Program-made: the position numbers and the translations under genes | Part shown: one piece after another, positions 1 to 13,600 of the stretch | Position numbering within the stretch: the first letter of the stretch is position 1 | Layout: each line of letters begins with the position of its first letter | Notes under the pieces: generated by a model | Told to the model about the DNA's origin: nothing | What the model saw: only the letters and a program-made list of their open reading frames with translations | Databases searched by the model: none | Origin: Antedon mediterranea | Lineage: Eukaryota > Animalia > Echinodermata | DNA length: 64,000 nucleotides | Reading direction: 5' to 3' | NCBI RefSeq assembly: GCF_964355755.1 | Contig: NC_092679.1 | Location: 6,230,201-6,294,200, forward strand

Positions 1-205
1 TTCGACTTATACGATATAAATCACTAAAGAATGTGTGTATTCGGACCACAAAAAGACGTCGACTTAGACGAATTTCGACTTAGAAAAATTCGACTTACAA
101 ATAAAAATGACACAGTAATGTATAGGAAAGAATTGGGACTTTCATAAAAATTCGACTTTCGCGATTTTTTGACTTACGCGAATTCGACTTAGGCGGAGTC
201 GACTG
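1..205. mobile_element. Right part of a Tc1/pogo-like MITE, truncated by the window edge
   Basis: Repeated TTCGACTTA subterminal motifs ending in ...GGCGGAGTCGACTG|TA, i.e. a CAGT...ACTG terminus with a TA target. Confidence 0.6.
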
Positions 206-411
206 TATATATATATATGAGTTCTTATTACCATATTTGGGCATATCACTACCCTATTTGGAAAAATGTTTGTAAAACTAGTTTGATAGTATAGACAGAG
301 CGTAATTAACTTGTTCAAGAGCATGTTTTGTCAGATTCTTGATTACAAACTATTGATTTATTGTGGTAAGCGTAGTGTTATGTCGTAGTGCCATTGAATT
401 TTTCATTTATT

Positions 412-546
412 AAGCTCTGTTTACACTAAGTATTAGTATTTATGTGATGGGTCCATATATGGACATGATGATGTCATATCACTACCACATTTGGGCACGT
501 CATACTTTTTTTGTCAAACTAGTTTGATAGTGTAGACAGAGCTTTA
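412..546. mobile_element. ~150-bp MITE family A copy (TIR AGCTCTGTCTACACTATCAAAC)
   Basis: Termini AAGCTCTGT(T/C)TACACT...TTTGATAGTGTAGACAGAGCTTTA with core ATGTCATATCACTACCAyATTTGGGCAC. Other copies lie at ~222-301, 2170-2330, 11901-12039, 14732-14865, 33111-33243, 33510-33562, 45799-45956 and 60667-60790. Confidence 0.85.
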
Positions 547-589
547 GTTTAATCACCAAATATTGTAATGGGTTGTTTTTCATTTTCAG

Positions 590-3579
590 GTTTGAAAGGT
601 TTGAAGTATTAGCTGTTTTTGGTAGTACGATGTTGGCAATATTTGGTTCAGTCTTCATAATGAAAGAAAGGTTTGTATGGTAAACCTTCTGATGATACAA
701 ATAAAAAAAACATTTAGAAAGAAGAATATAGAATCCCCCAATACTAGCAACTGTGACACTCACCAAATCTGTCAAAACCATACCATTTTTGAGGCCTTAA
801 ATGTCCTCTAAATTCTTTTTATTTGAAGCATTCTGTAAATATATTAGACCATCGTAAGGGCGTCCAATATTGAGAGAGTTGATAATATATGTTATTAATG
901 ATATACGAGCGTGTTTAGGCAAAAACAATTTAATGAAAATGTGATTTATACTGCAATTAAAACATTTTAAGTTTTGTTTTTTTTATTTGTATTTATCTGT
1001 CATTTTGTTTTTGTTCACTTTGTCTGTTTTGTTATGGCGTTCCTGACACTAACATTTTGCTTTCTAGGTAATGCCAACATTTTTGGAAATAAATGTTGTT
1101 TATGATATGATTATGCTCATTCGTAACAGCCATTCAAGGAATTCATTTCAATTTATTCTTTCAGTACTGAGCTCTTACTGCAGCCTGAAGAGGTGCACAC
1201 TGGTAGGCTGCTGCTTGGGGCTGGCCTCGGCTTCTTCTGTCATATATTTGTGATTTACGGCGTCAAGAACGTAGCATTTGATCACGTGATAGCTGCATCT
1301 AGTTCCAGTTGGTTGCAAGTACATTTCGCAGACATGAGTAGAAGGTATGTACAATGTTTGTAGTGAGAGGTTAACACCAGACGAGGCAAAGATGCTTTAA
1401 TTATTAATTTAATTATTAAAGACCCATTGCCTACAATTTGTGACGTTTTGTAAAAATAATGCATATATATTGCTTTAAAAACATTAGACCAGGTCATTCT
1501 TAAATGTACGTTTTATGGTAAATAATGATAAAAAGAGAGAAACAATGCAGTACGTAAGTAGCTCGCGGTGAATGTCATCTCGTTGGCCGTCTTTAGGCCT
1601 AGCTAGGCTTATTCTGTAATGCTGTATATGTACACTTGAATACGAAACAAAGAATAAATGAAATAATATCATGTAGAATAATGATGTTATATTTGATTTT
1701 TTTTTATCTTTGAAATATTTAAACAAATACTCTATTTGTGTTTTCTTTCAGTTTTTGTACCGTATTACCAGGTTTAGATAGGCTTCTGTTACCCCGTGTT
1801 AACCCTCTTATGCTGATTGGTCTGGCTGGTGGTGTTGCTTTGTTTATTGTTGATCTTCTTCTTGATGTAAAGTAAGTAATACAAAACACATGACCTGACC
1901 TATACCTGTTGACCCGACCTACACCTGTTGACCCGACCTACACCTGTTGACCCGACCTCTATCTGTTGACCCTTACCTTAAATGCGTATCTTTTCCTGTA
2001 GATTGACTGCCATACCTATTCTATGTTCAATTTATTCTGAATTATTAAGTTGGAAGTGTCGCTGTTATGGTGATTTGCGCTATACAAATTTTTGATTATT
2101 CATAAACATTGTGCAGTACATGAATAGTGTTATTTTGTTTGCAACCATTTTAAACAAGATATGATATCAAGCCTTTTCTACACTATCAAACTTTATCACA
2201 AAAATGTGCCAATATATGTTCATGATGATGTCATATTACTACCATATTAGGGCACATCACTACCATATTTGGGCACATCACTACCATATTTGGGCACATC
2301 ACACTAGTTTGATAGTGTAGACAGAGCTTTAGATTATGAAAGATAATTGTTTTCTTTGGCAGTAACTATAACATAGCTGATATATTGGCAGCCTACAGTA
2401 TAGCATTGATGATATCTGGCACCATGTTTCCTATGAGTGTGTACAGTGGTACAATCTTGCTTCAGACCACTCCAGAGTATGTCATAGGACAACTGGACAA
2501 GAGTCTAAGAGAGGTGAGCTCACTAACATATTTTTTGACAAAAGCAGATCTAGCTGCTTGAACTCATAGCTGTTTATATGCGAACAGTGGATTAGATTAC
2601 TGTCAGGTGTTTGTGATTGATCAGTCACCTAATGCTGTAATATTGTAGATCTTGTATTTATAATATAAACTGTCCTATCAATTTCAATTTTTTGGGTTGT
2701 CTTTGTAGGCGTCGACCTTAGACGGTGTATTAGAGTTCCGTAATGAACATTTCTGGACATTGTCATTTGGGACACTTGCTGGTTCATTACATGTACGGGT
2801 TCGACGGGACGCAGATGAGCAGGTAACCGACGAAAGTAACAAGTGTTATTGATAATAGTTTTTATAATAGTAGGGCACATTGCCATTTAGTAATGATTTT
2901 TGACATTTTCTTCTTTTCTCTGCAGCTTGTTTTAGCACACGTTTCAAACAAATTATCCAATCTAGTCGTGAACTTAACAATTCAGGTGATAAAGGACGAT
3001 TGGACGCGACCATCCACGATGGCAGGCTTCAATAGAAGCGCTTTAAAATCATTCACTAGCCTCCCACCACCAGCACCTTTAGCGCCAAGTGTATCAAATG
3101 TGTATAACCCAAGAGACCTACCATACCGGATAGCGTCTGGACTTGAGAAAGATTATAAATCAGCTGTTTTATCGACGCCAACTCGTGCGTCAAGTACTCC
3201 TCAGGGAACCCCAATGAAGGATTTGAGTTTTCATTCAACTTTAGAACCAATTTCAAATGGATCGCAACCGCAAATTCCGAGCGTACCATCACGTTACTCT
3301 GCTGCAGCTAATCCGGTGTTATCTGCGTTGAATTCTAAACAATTGTCAGACGGTACTTTGGGTCAAATTAGGTCAACAACAAGAGTTGGGATTGATTTTA
3401 CAAAGCCTAGCTTGCCTAAAGACACTTACGGAGTGCAAAGCACCGGATCGAACCCTATTCATGCATCAAACAGGCAAGGTGCTGGGTCATTTGATATGAA
3501 TAACTTGGGAAAAGTAAACTTTTATGGTAGTGAGGGCAGTAGACAATCTTATACCGATAGATTTACCGAAAACAGGTGA
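590..3579 (+). CDS. SLC30A6: Zinc transporter 6 (CDF family), 3' portion; 5' exons lie outside the window
   Basis: Exons 590-670, 1165-1344, 1752-1871, 2363-2513, 2709-2822, 2926-3579 splice in frame. They give FERFEVLAVFGSTMLA, HTGRLLLG, SSSWLQVHFADMSRS, LLPRVNP, GTMFPMSVYSGTILLQTTP, STLDGVLEFRNEHFWTLSFGTLAGSLHVRVRRDADEQLVLAHV and KDDW, which match ZnT6-specific motifs. Confidence 0.95.
1892..1977. repeat. 19-bp minisatellite (GACCCGACCTACACCTGTT), ~4 copies
   Basis: Tandem copies directly visible in an SLC30A6 intron. Confidence 0.85.
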
Positions 3580-3996
3580 TAGTGATGAGGTACAGTAATT
3601 ATTAAAACAACTTTTTAAACTCTATTCCACAAGCTAATGTGTACAAATTCAAAATGGCTGTAAAATGCGTATTTTATTTAAATCCTTTTAACGATAAATA
3701 CACACTCATATATTTTAATGCTATTTTTCCTTTATATATACAGTATTTGAGATATTTCTTATTTCAAGATTTTTTTTTATATGAATTATTAAGACTTTAG
3801 ACCAACATTTGTAACCAAAAGCACATGAAATTAATATATTTCTTCTGATATATTTTTATTTAAACAGTAAACATTGAATACATTATAATCCTCCTTAATA
3901 TACATTCAAATATTTCTGTTTAAATAATTTCATTTGGCTTTTATAATAATATATGAGGAATTACAGTTGGTATGCTATTAGATACTGTAACATCAC

Positions 3997-4183
3997 CTGT
4001 GGCGTAACAGTTATGAGCGGTCACTGGCTAGACCCAGGGGCCCAGAGCTTATGGGGGCCATGAGCAGTGCACAGAGGAAAAAAACAGGCATGTCGAAAAA
4101 AAACACGCCTGTGGTCTCCAGCGTTGGAGGGCCCCCTATGGTTCCTAAACCAGCGGCCTCATGTATCTACGTTTACACCACTG
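3997..4183. mobile_element. hAT-like MITE downstream of the SLC30A6 stop (probable 3' UTR)
   Basis: GC-rich island with imperfect termini C(T)GTGGCGTAA...TTACACCACTG and internal GGGGCCC motifs; TSD not clean. Confidence 0.5.
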
Positions 4184-5690
4184 CATTACCCTATTCAAAT
4201 ATTAGTTAAGTAAGTCATTTATACAATGATATTAACTATTATTTTAATGACTTTTTAATTCATTGGTTTTGTAATGTGAAAACGTACCTAAGCTCTCTGT
4301 GGTACTTTTATGTATGTAAAACTTAACCCACAACAAATTCTAGTTTGATAAATATTTGTTTATACAGTAAAAATGTTTATTAATGAGAAGATTTATTTTC
4401 TCTGGAATGCAGGAGACTTTGAGACAGTTTTGAAATAGCTACATTTAATTCAAGATTATTTAATAATTTTATAATGGCAAAAAAGAATAGTTTAAAATAT
4501 TTTAAAGGCCGGTAAACATTCTTACAAATGTTTCACTCAGTAGTTTAGGCAAGTCATGGGCTTATAATACTGTTCTATGGCATTTTACATTTCTCCACTT
4601 GTGCATTTTTGTTAACTTGTGTTAGTAGTTGACATTACATTATTTGTTTGGTGCTATCTATACTCTGAATTAAAACAAATTTATTATATTTAAATGTTCA
4701 TTATTGGTACAAAAACAAGATTATACGAGTGCAATAGTGTAAAAGAACCCAGAGTCGAACTGAAGTGATTTTACCATCAAATTCACTCTCAGATAGTCAA
4801 ATGGTTAATTTGATTAATAATACTGTAATTTTCAAGTTGGACCTAAAATTAATGTTATGAAAAGTAAAAGTTGTCATAATTAAAGCTTTGTATATACAAT
4901 TACTTTATGTATTTTTGTTCAATTTTATGTACAGTATATTTTGAATAAAATTGTGCGATAATAAATATCTTTTGTTTTACGTGGTACAAAAATAAATTCG
5001 AGCTTATATTTTAACCTTTCTTTGAGCGCTTTTCATTGAAATGATTGGCAATGTTGGTCGACCATGTTTCGCGCGATGTATAAATAAGTAGGCCTAGCTT
5101 TCCGATGATTTCAATGTTTTGTTATTTTTCTGTATAAATTGCTATAGACAGGAAGCAATATTTTCTATGAAAGTATTTTACGATAAAGTTCATTTTAGTA
5201 TGTTTAATTTATTTTTTTTGTCTAGCCACCGTTTGTTTTGTGAAAATGTATTACAATATATTATATAGGAAGCGAGAAGCATTGTACTCCATCCTGGGAC
5301 CCTGTGACTCCATACAGTGTCTTGTCATCGAGTAGGCCTAGCACATAACATCGATGTTTGGGCTTAACATTCAATATTACTATTAAGTTAACATAGGTAT
5401 AATTGACAAGGATTACGTTATATGGCTTCTTCACTACTTTTTAGAGTCTACTTTGTAAAATTAAAATAATTAAAAGCTAGCCTAGGCCTATTCCTGTAAA
5501 TATGGAACGCCACCTTCGTCATAACAAGTTACAGTGAACAATTTACAATCTAGAAATAACAATATACCATTACACTATTTTGAATTGTTTAGCGATACTA
5601 ATTTATAAAAAAATTTTTTCTCTCCAGAATAGCAGAAAAAGTGCAGATGCTCATCTATGACCATATATAGCTCCAAAGGCATCATCAAAT

Positions 5691-5930
5691 ATGGCAAGGC
5701 ACAGTAAACTACAATTGCAAGTATTGCACCTTTATAAACAATTCCTACGATTTTCTGTCGACAAGCCAGGTGCCAAGTCAAGGGTACAACAAGAATTTCG
5801 TAAAGGTGCTACGATTGCTAAGACGGATATTCTGAGAATTGAGTACATGGTCCATAGAGGGCAACGACAGTTGCAAATGTTGAAATCGAGTTCTATTGAC
5901 CAGTTTGGGACGTTTGTTAAGGACAGATAA
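5691..5930 (+). CDS. SDHAF1: Succinate dehydrogenase assembly factor 1 (LYR-motif protein)
   Basis: 79-aa ORF MARHSKLQLQVLHLYKQFLR...EFRK...DILRIEYMVHRGQRQL, the SDHAF1/LYRM8 pattern. An upstream acceptor at 5625-5626 implies a 5' UTR intron. Confidence 0.93.
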   Translation: MARHSKLQLQVLHLYKQFLRFSVDKPGAKSRVQQEFRKGATIAKTDILRIEYMVHRGQRQLQMLKSSSIDQFGTFVKDR

Positions 5931-6226
5931 ATTGATCACCAGGGGTTTGGTGTTGTTAATATGTATGCGAAGAGGAATCATGAATAGTAGAGTGTCGTGA
6001 ATGGATGGATGTAGATAGCCATTGTACAAAAATAAGCCATGCCAAGAAAACATGTCAGACTATTGAATTTTAATGTTCAGATATATTTTCTATAACAGTA
6101 TAGTATCACAGTTAGCATCATAATTTGGTTTGAATTTTAAAATAATAATCTTTTCTACCTCAATTAATATAAATTATCTAAGCAACAGAACAATATTATT
6201 TGTTTTTTTTTATGCTGTACACTTGT

Positions 6227-8639
6227 TTATAAAGTTGGCATTCTATTGGCAGTCAGTATCTCTATCCAATAGCCATCAGGATCTTGAATAAACGCCAACC
6301 CTTTCATTTTACCTATGTAAAGAAAAACAAAGATTGTAAAGCATCTGTGAGAATGTCGGACATTAAATTAAGTGCTACTGATATGAAAGTGACATTTACC
6401 TATAGAAAATACTAATTTAGACATATGGTTGACTGTGCTGACAGCCACAACGGTACAGATAAAGGGAAAAAAATGTTATAAACTTATACTTATACCATCA
6501 TTAGGCTTCTTGATAAATTTGACCCCAAGTTCTTCAAATCGTTTACAAGCAACATCTACATCAGGGACGGAAAGTCCAATGTGCCCTGTCCAATAAAAAG
6601 ATAAAAATTAGTTTTAATAGAAAGGTTTCATAGTTGCAGGCAATAATTAACAAGTTGAACCAATATAAATTCACTTACCAAAACCTTTTGGCTCAGTATT
6701 ACCATTGTGATAACCTTTGAACTCTGGGTCAGATTCAGTTCCATAATTACTAAAAAATAAAATAACATTTGAATACACCACAAAAATAAACAATCCTATT
6801 GAAAAATAGGATACATTTTCTTCAGTCTGCATACAACAAATTAATTAGTATAAACATTTAAATTCATGGTACATGGATTGTGAGTTTGCAAGTAGGGGTC
6901 GTGTAAGCGATAGATGGGTCTCAATACGATACTCACTATGTTAGTTCAATCGTACCCTTCTGAAGAAAACACCACTTTGTTCTTTCTGCAATATCAACTG
7001 GAATATCCTCGGCTTTACAGTAGCCCATAAAATATAGTGAAAATGTCATACTTGGATAGTCAAGAGTGTGAAGTAACCTTTAAATAAATATTGCATATTA
7101 ATTAAATCAAGACTCTTGTGTGTAGCACTTTCAAAACTTGCTAAAAAGTTTTCACACTTCTCTACTTTTTAAACTAATTTTTATACTTTGTGTATTAACT
7201 TACAGTAGTGCAGGGAGGTATAAAAAACCTTTTTATACCAGGGAGGTTATAAAAATAACTTCTTTTATAGTATAAAGTATATAAATAGTATACCTCCCCT
7301 GGTTTTTTGTTAACTGTGTTTACCGTACCGCATTCCTAAAACTCTTGTGTAGAAATCTAGAGATACTTTCGGATCTTTTATTCTGTACATCGTTTGTTGC
7401 ATTATAAAATCCTGGCAAGATTAAAAAAAGTGTATATTATTTATTAATAACTTTTCTGGCTGTTTACTTTATCGTTTTGATTTAGCTTTTCGCTTTTTAT
7501 TTTTGTATCTCCATTGAGATCCAGCCACTGATACCCACAGCATTGTCATTTTTTTCAGTAATTTGCCTTTGGATTTATTTATTAATAATTAATATATTCA
7601 TGTATGCCATATAAAATTAGAAATTGGCTACATTACGGCTGCCGGTTTATATACCAAAATTCATTGTTCTCATCTTCGCGATTATAATCTAAATTTATCA
7701 CGCTGCTGCTCTAGCCCGCTACGTCCCATTAGGACTACTCAATCAGAAGCTAAAGCAAGCAGCAGTTATAGTTCTAAGGACAGACAGTTTTGTGAAAATG
7801 GAAACTCCACTATGATTTATTGATTCCAGCTGCTACAGTAGACCCAAAAAAAAACGTCTGGGAAAGAGTCTATTAGGACATGTCATGCTAAAATTACAAA
7901 TCCCTAAGCATTTCTGGTATATTCACTGTCAGATATTCATTGAATTATTATCGAAACAGTCCATTAAAGTTTATGTTTGTAATAGGATACTTCACAATTG
8001 AAATATCTAGGGTGATGAAGTGACCCCCAGATTTGACCTTAGCAATAAAATTGACTAAAGTGACAGAAATTGAGTATTCACTTCTGTAACAAAAAAGTAA
8101 TATTTATTCACATATAAAAAAAGAAAAGAAACCCAAAACCCATTGTCTGACAGACAATTTAAGTATTTGTTGCTTTAAATTACATTTTTTTCAGGTAAAA
8201 TAACTATTATGTGACAATAAAATTACACATTCAAAAATATTTGAAATAAAAAATATTTTTCAATAAGCGAGCAGCGTTTTTTGTAAGAAATATTTCTTGT
8301 TGTACTATATTTTAGAGGGATCATTTTTTGTTCATTGCCATATGTAGGAACATGATAATTATTATTTGTCCTTGGTGGCACTCCATACCCGACGACGGTG
8401 ACACACTTCTGATGAACTGTGTGTCATGTCGAGCATGTCGTCGGCGGTCAGCTTCTCCTCCTCGTCGTCAAATGGCAAGCTAAAAGCCTAGGCCTAGCTA
8501 GGATTGGAGTTTTAGAATTTGCAGTCGCAAGAACTAGACTAGCCTGGCCTAGCTAGGCTAGTGTGAAACTTCCTACCTGTGTGCTTTCGTCGGGAGTGGC
8601 ACATGCATTCTCTATCTCGCTCTTCGACAAACCTGACAT
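6227..8639 (-). CDS. GLO1: Lactoylglutathione lyase (glyoxalase I)
   Basis: Exons 8639-8577, 7411-7329, 7077-6937, 6749-6679, 6585-6496, 6312-6227. Protein: [48 protein letters not shown]...IELTYNYGTE...[15 protein letters not shown]...[20 protein letters not shown]. The Q/E/H/E metal ligands are present. Absent from the ORF track because the exons are short. Confidence 0.97.
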
Positions 8640-9260
8640 TTTTGTGTTTTTTTTCTTATTTTTACAAAACTGAAACCAAAATAATTTTTTATACTGATGT
8701 TTACATTAATATGAAACGCCAAAACAGTCACAAAAAAGTACAGGAATAAGCCCGATTGACCAGTTTTAATATTTATATTCTGCTGTATTCTAGTACAGTA
8801 GTAGGTGTAAAGTAGCGCATCCCCTCCCTCGAACCCCCCCCCCCCCCCCACACCCGACACACACGTTACACGAACCGGACCCCTAAACCCTTTTCCCACC
8901 CCCCAACCCTCCAAACTGCAGCAATAATAATAATTAATATACTGTAATTTTGTTTATGGATAGTGCGCCCCCTGTAGTTTTTTTAATTTGAGGTGGTACG
9001 GTACGTGTAGATAGAGGGTCGAGACTAGACGGTCAACTTACATCGTATTTGATTGGATGATTTTCCTTTCATGAAACATGATCAACCAATAAGAAGCATT
9101 ACATTATTTAAGTACAATTTATTATAATTACATCGACTGAAAACCGATGCTTAAAAAGTGTACAAACAAAGTGAAAAAATGTACGAATAAGTTACAAGAC
9201 AGTTACAAATAGTGATTAAGAACATAGTAATTAAATTCGGCAATACTTTTGGTAGGTTTT
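8640..9260. promoter_or_regulatory. Probable bidirectional promoter GLO1 / MIS18BP1
   Basis: Head-to-head genes. Opposed CCAAT boxes (GATTGG ~9051, CCAAT ~9086), C-rich tract 8820-8910, CTCF-like GCGCCCCCTGTAG ~8964, candidate non-coding exon donor G|GTAGGT ~9252. Confidence 0.55.
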
Positions 9261-9520
9261 GGGATCTAACTTTTGTGGCACTACGTATAAAAACATATTA
9301 TTTAGGCTAGGCCTAGGCCTCCAGAGTAGGAATACCAATATAATAGAAGGCCAAGCTGACACTCTGACACTGCAGCAGGGGCCGGGCTCACTGTCTGTGT
9401 GGTGGATGGTAGATACACACATAGGCCTAGATAGAGAGGCACTTCTCTAGCTGTTTATAGCCTTAGACTGGTCATGGCCTAGGCCTATATTATGTATGGC
9501 ATATGCCCGGTAACACTAAC

Positions 9521-10291
9521 GGTCACAGTGCATTTCGGCCGCCAATCATTTCGGCCGCCGGTTATGGAACGCCCAAATTCATGAAACTCCAAAAAGGACA
9601 AAATATGGCATGATCATTTCGGCCGCCAGGTATGGCGCGCCAAATTGAAATAGCCAGAAATAAATCATTAACTGTACAGTATTACAGTGAAAAAAAATAA
9701 CTTTATTAAGTCTATGGAACGCCACAGAGAACTATGGTCATTTAAACTAGAGATCAGTAATTGTGCAATGGGCTAAATACATTTTGTTTTTGCCGTAGGC
9801 ATAGATTTAAAGTTATATTAGTTACAGTATTTTACCGTCTGAATATTTTGGTCAAAATGAATATTAATTTAATGTTTATTTTTTTATTTATTTTTAAGTC
9901 CCGAAGATGCGTGTGCTTTGTAAAAATGTGTTTCTTTTACTATATGAATCAAGTCAAGTGTTTTTGACTGGCACATAAAAAAAACTTCAGCATCACCTCC
10001 TTCTTATTAAAAAAATATCATTAATATTCACTGTAGTTAGTGATGGCAATGTGCACGCTATAATATCGCTGCTGTTTCTGGAATTGAAGACCGCCGATTC
10101 GGCTTAATAATACAGTATTTAGTAAAATATTAACATTTTAACACACATTGCGTGTCATACATATTCAAGAATAATTACAATTCTGGCGGCCGAAATTAAC
10201 AATACATATTTTGTCCTTTTTGGCGTTTCATGAATTTGGCAATTCCATAACCGGCGGCCGAAATGACTGGCGGCCGAAATGATCAGACACC
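9521..10291. mobile_element. Non-autonomous DNA transposon (MULE/hAT-like) with ~85-bp TIRs and 8-bp TSD
   Basis: TIR CATTTCGGCCGCC...GGTTATGGAA...AAAAAGGACAAAATATG is mirrored at 10205-10291. TSD ACACTAAC at 9513-9520 and 10292-10299. Confidence 0.85.
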
Positions 10292-10619
10292 ACACTAACA
10301 GCCTGGCCCCTGCCTGTCTGTTTAGGGTTTTATGATATAAAATGAATCAAGCAAGTGAAGTAGCCTACTACACTAGGCCTACAATTACATGCTATTGTAT
10401 TGTAAATATGTGTTTATTAAACTATTGCTTCTAGTATACAGTAGACCCCAGTTAATATTGTCAAATAACTGAATAAATGTGTATGAAAAAAAATTGAATT
10501 TAGGCCTAACCTAGTTAGTACTGTAATAATAGTAGGCCTATTATGTAACTATATTAATAATTATTTTAATTACAGATTTGTTTTAATTAATAAAAAGGAA
10601 ACCACAAGTATACAACAAC

Positions 10620-13600
10620 ATGATTGATGAATTTGAAGAAATTTATAGACAAAGCCCGTCAGCAAAGGTAAATTAGTAATTAGTAATTTATTACAATCAT
10701 TTTTATTAGCCCATTCATAAATTTCTAGAGCTAGGCCTATCTATATAAGAATAACTATTACTCTAGATGGCAAATGGTTTCAGTCGCAGAATTGTTGCTA
10801 CCTACCAATTTGTAATTGCCAGTGTAGATTACTGTAACTTGTCACAGTTAATTGTTATTTATATTATAAAGCAAAAATCAGTTTTATCATTATTGATTAT
10901 TGATCATTTTAAAATTTCAGATTCTTGAACAATCAGGTTTGTTCGCAAACAAATCAATGAATGCTTTATCCTCACCAAGGATTGTTTATCGACCAAGTCA
11001 GTCACTGTTGGAATTCAATCGACCAACAGTGCTGTTGAATAAGCTTACGCCTTCAGCATGGAAAAGAAAGTCAATGTTATCACCAAAAGACAGCATGGAT
11101 GAGGTTAAGGAATTTAGATCTCCATGTAGCACAGTGTTGCAAAGTGACGGAATGAACAGAACGACAGGTTCTATGATCTCAAATCACAGAACAAAAAAAA
11201 TAATAGAAAACGTAAAACTGAATAAGACAACGTCAGAAGTGGTTGCAGAGCGAATGGAAAATAATTCAAGGAGATTTTTTAACAGAACGGAGACACATCA
11301 TGGAGAGCAAGAAGTGAAAAGGAGAAAGTCTTGTGAAAGCAACGATGGTACAAGCTTTGTGGTGTCACAATCTGGTGGAAGAGATGCACACTGTAAAAAT
11401 GTTTTACTAAGTATGTCTTGGAATGAAGAACGATATTTGATGGCAGAAGCTTTGTCACCTGACTTGATAGAGCAAGTAAAGCCAAAGAGTGTGGAATTAA
11501 GTGAGAAATGTAAACTGCGTAAATTTTTAGTAAATCACAAAACAAAAAGAAACCCTTCAACAACAAAAGATAACTTGAATGTAACTAAGCAAAGTGGCGT
11601 AATTACACCCGTGTCTAGCCAAGGTGAATCGGACAGCATTCATGGCAGTGACGGCTTTGAAGGCCTCGTTAAAAATTTGTTTGAGATGAACGGGTATACA
11701 ACATGTGAAGATAACACTAAGGGAATACCGGATGAAGTGAAATCCCCACAGCACACAATACGTAAGAAACGGTCAACTGAAGGTAATTACACTAAAATCC
11801 ATCTCTACTTCTTCTAAATATGTTTACCAGCCCTTAATTAATAATAGATAACTACTTTATCAAAAGAAATATTTGTATGTATAAAAAGTTAAATCAATTG
11901 TAAAGCTCTGTCTACACTATCAAACTTTATGTGACAAAAAATATAAATAATATGAACATGATGATGTCATATCACTTACCATATTTAAGCACATCATATT
12001 TTTTTGTTAAAACAGTGTGATAGTGTAGACAGAGCTTTAGTTGAGATTGAATTGACTTCAAGTTGTTTTTTTTTTCTAATCAGTGGTTGTTGAAACGAGG
12101 AAAACTATAAATAATAGGACAGTTAATAGTGCAACTGATGCAGTGTGTCAAACAGTCTGTGGCACTAAAGCTCAAGTTTTACAGAAGGTACTTTTATTAT
12201 TATTTACACCTCCCCTCCCTATGTAGATTACATGGCATTCATACTGTAATCGGTGCAGTGCATAGTGCACATTAAGGTCGTGAGGTGGTTTCCTGATTAA
12301 TCGTATGATCAAAACGGTAGGGTAAAAATGTACATTGTAAGATGGTAATAGTTTTCTAAATTACTTTGTTGACGTGTACATAAAGTGAAACATAAATAGA
12401 ATAATAAAAATTGTTAGTAAACAATTTTTAAAATAAAAATAAGGAAGAAAAGCAAAGAGATTATGAAGCGCAAGTATTGTAAGGTTAGAATACTAAAAAA
12501 TTTAGGCGATCTTGTCAAAGGTCAATCGCCTTTAGCCTGCCACGTTTTGATATTCAATATTGAACTTGACCTGACATGGTTAATTTAAGTCAATTTATAA
12601 TAATTTATTTTATATCTCTGGAATTACTAGCCTGGATGTGCCCATACAGTAGTAAATTTATTGTCAAGCTGGTCACTATATGAAACTGAATCAGGAGCTA
12701 TGTTTGAGTCTAACTAATTGAATAGGTTGATAATATTTAAAAAATTTTTATATTTTAGGTCAGCACTAAACCACCAATTGAGTTAAGAAATTGGAGCCTG
12801 CGGACTGTACAGCACAAAGGCCTTTATGTAGAGGGTCATCGAACGTAAGTTCTAAATACAAACACAACTAAGGATTAACAGACAGCATTTACAGGTATCT
12901 GAGATGCTATAATTAGTTATTTTCTCTCTGTGTTTATAGTGGAGATCCTAAAGGTGAATTCTGGCATAGTTCTGCTATTGTCAAGAGGGTCACAGCAAAA
13001 CAACTGGAAACAGGATCGGGATCTATTTATAAACTGATTGGAAGGATAGATGCTTTAATGACTGAAGAGTATGGTAAGCTGACATACAATCTGTGTTCTT
13101 CTCTTCTCTTTGACACTAATAGTAATAATAATATAATGTATGTTTAAACATTGTGGCAAATTGTAATAGGTAATTGTCATATGTTAAGTTACTGTCTGAA
13201 AACAAAAGCCCACTATTACCTAGTTAACCTGTTTTCGCTGTGCCATGATGATTTGTTGACATTGATTCTTTTCCGTGGAGAACCTATAATGAAGACATTA
13301 TCATCCCTTTTGCATTTCATTCATATAATTGTTTTGTTGTTATCATTTTCTTATCTTTCCTAGGGTTTTCTAAATCATTGGTAAAGAAATTCCAAAATGG
13401 GTTTCCAAAGAATTGGAAAGAGTTGATCCAAGCTGAACAAGAATCTAAAAGGTACTTCCATATTTCAATCTTGTACTTGTATGTTTCAATCTCATACTTG
13501 TATGTTTCAATCTCATACTTGTATTTTTCAATCTTGTACTTGTATGTTTCAATCTTGTACTTGTATGTTTCAATCTGGTACTTGTATGTTTCAATCTCGT

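Noticed and set aside
5691-5930. SDHAF1 nested in a GLO1 intron
   Set aside because: The GLO1 CDS ends at 6227, so the genes are convergent rather than nested.
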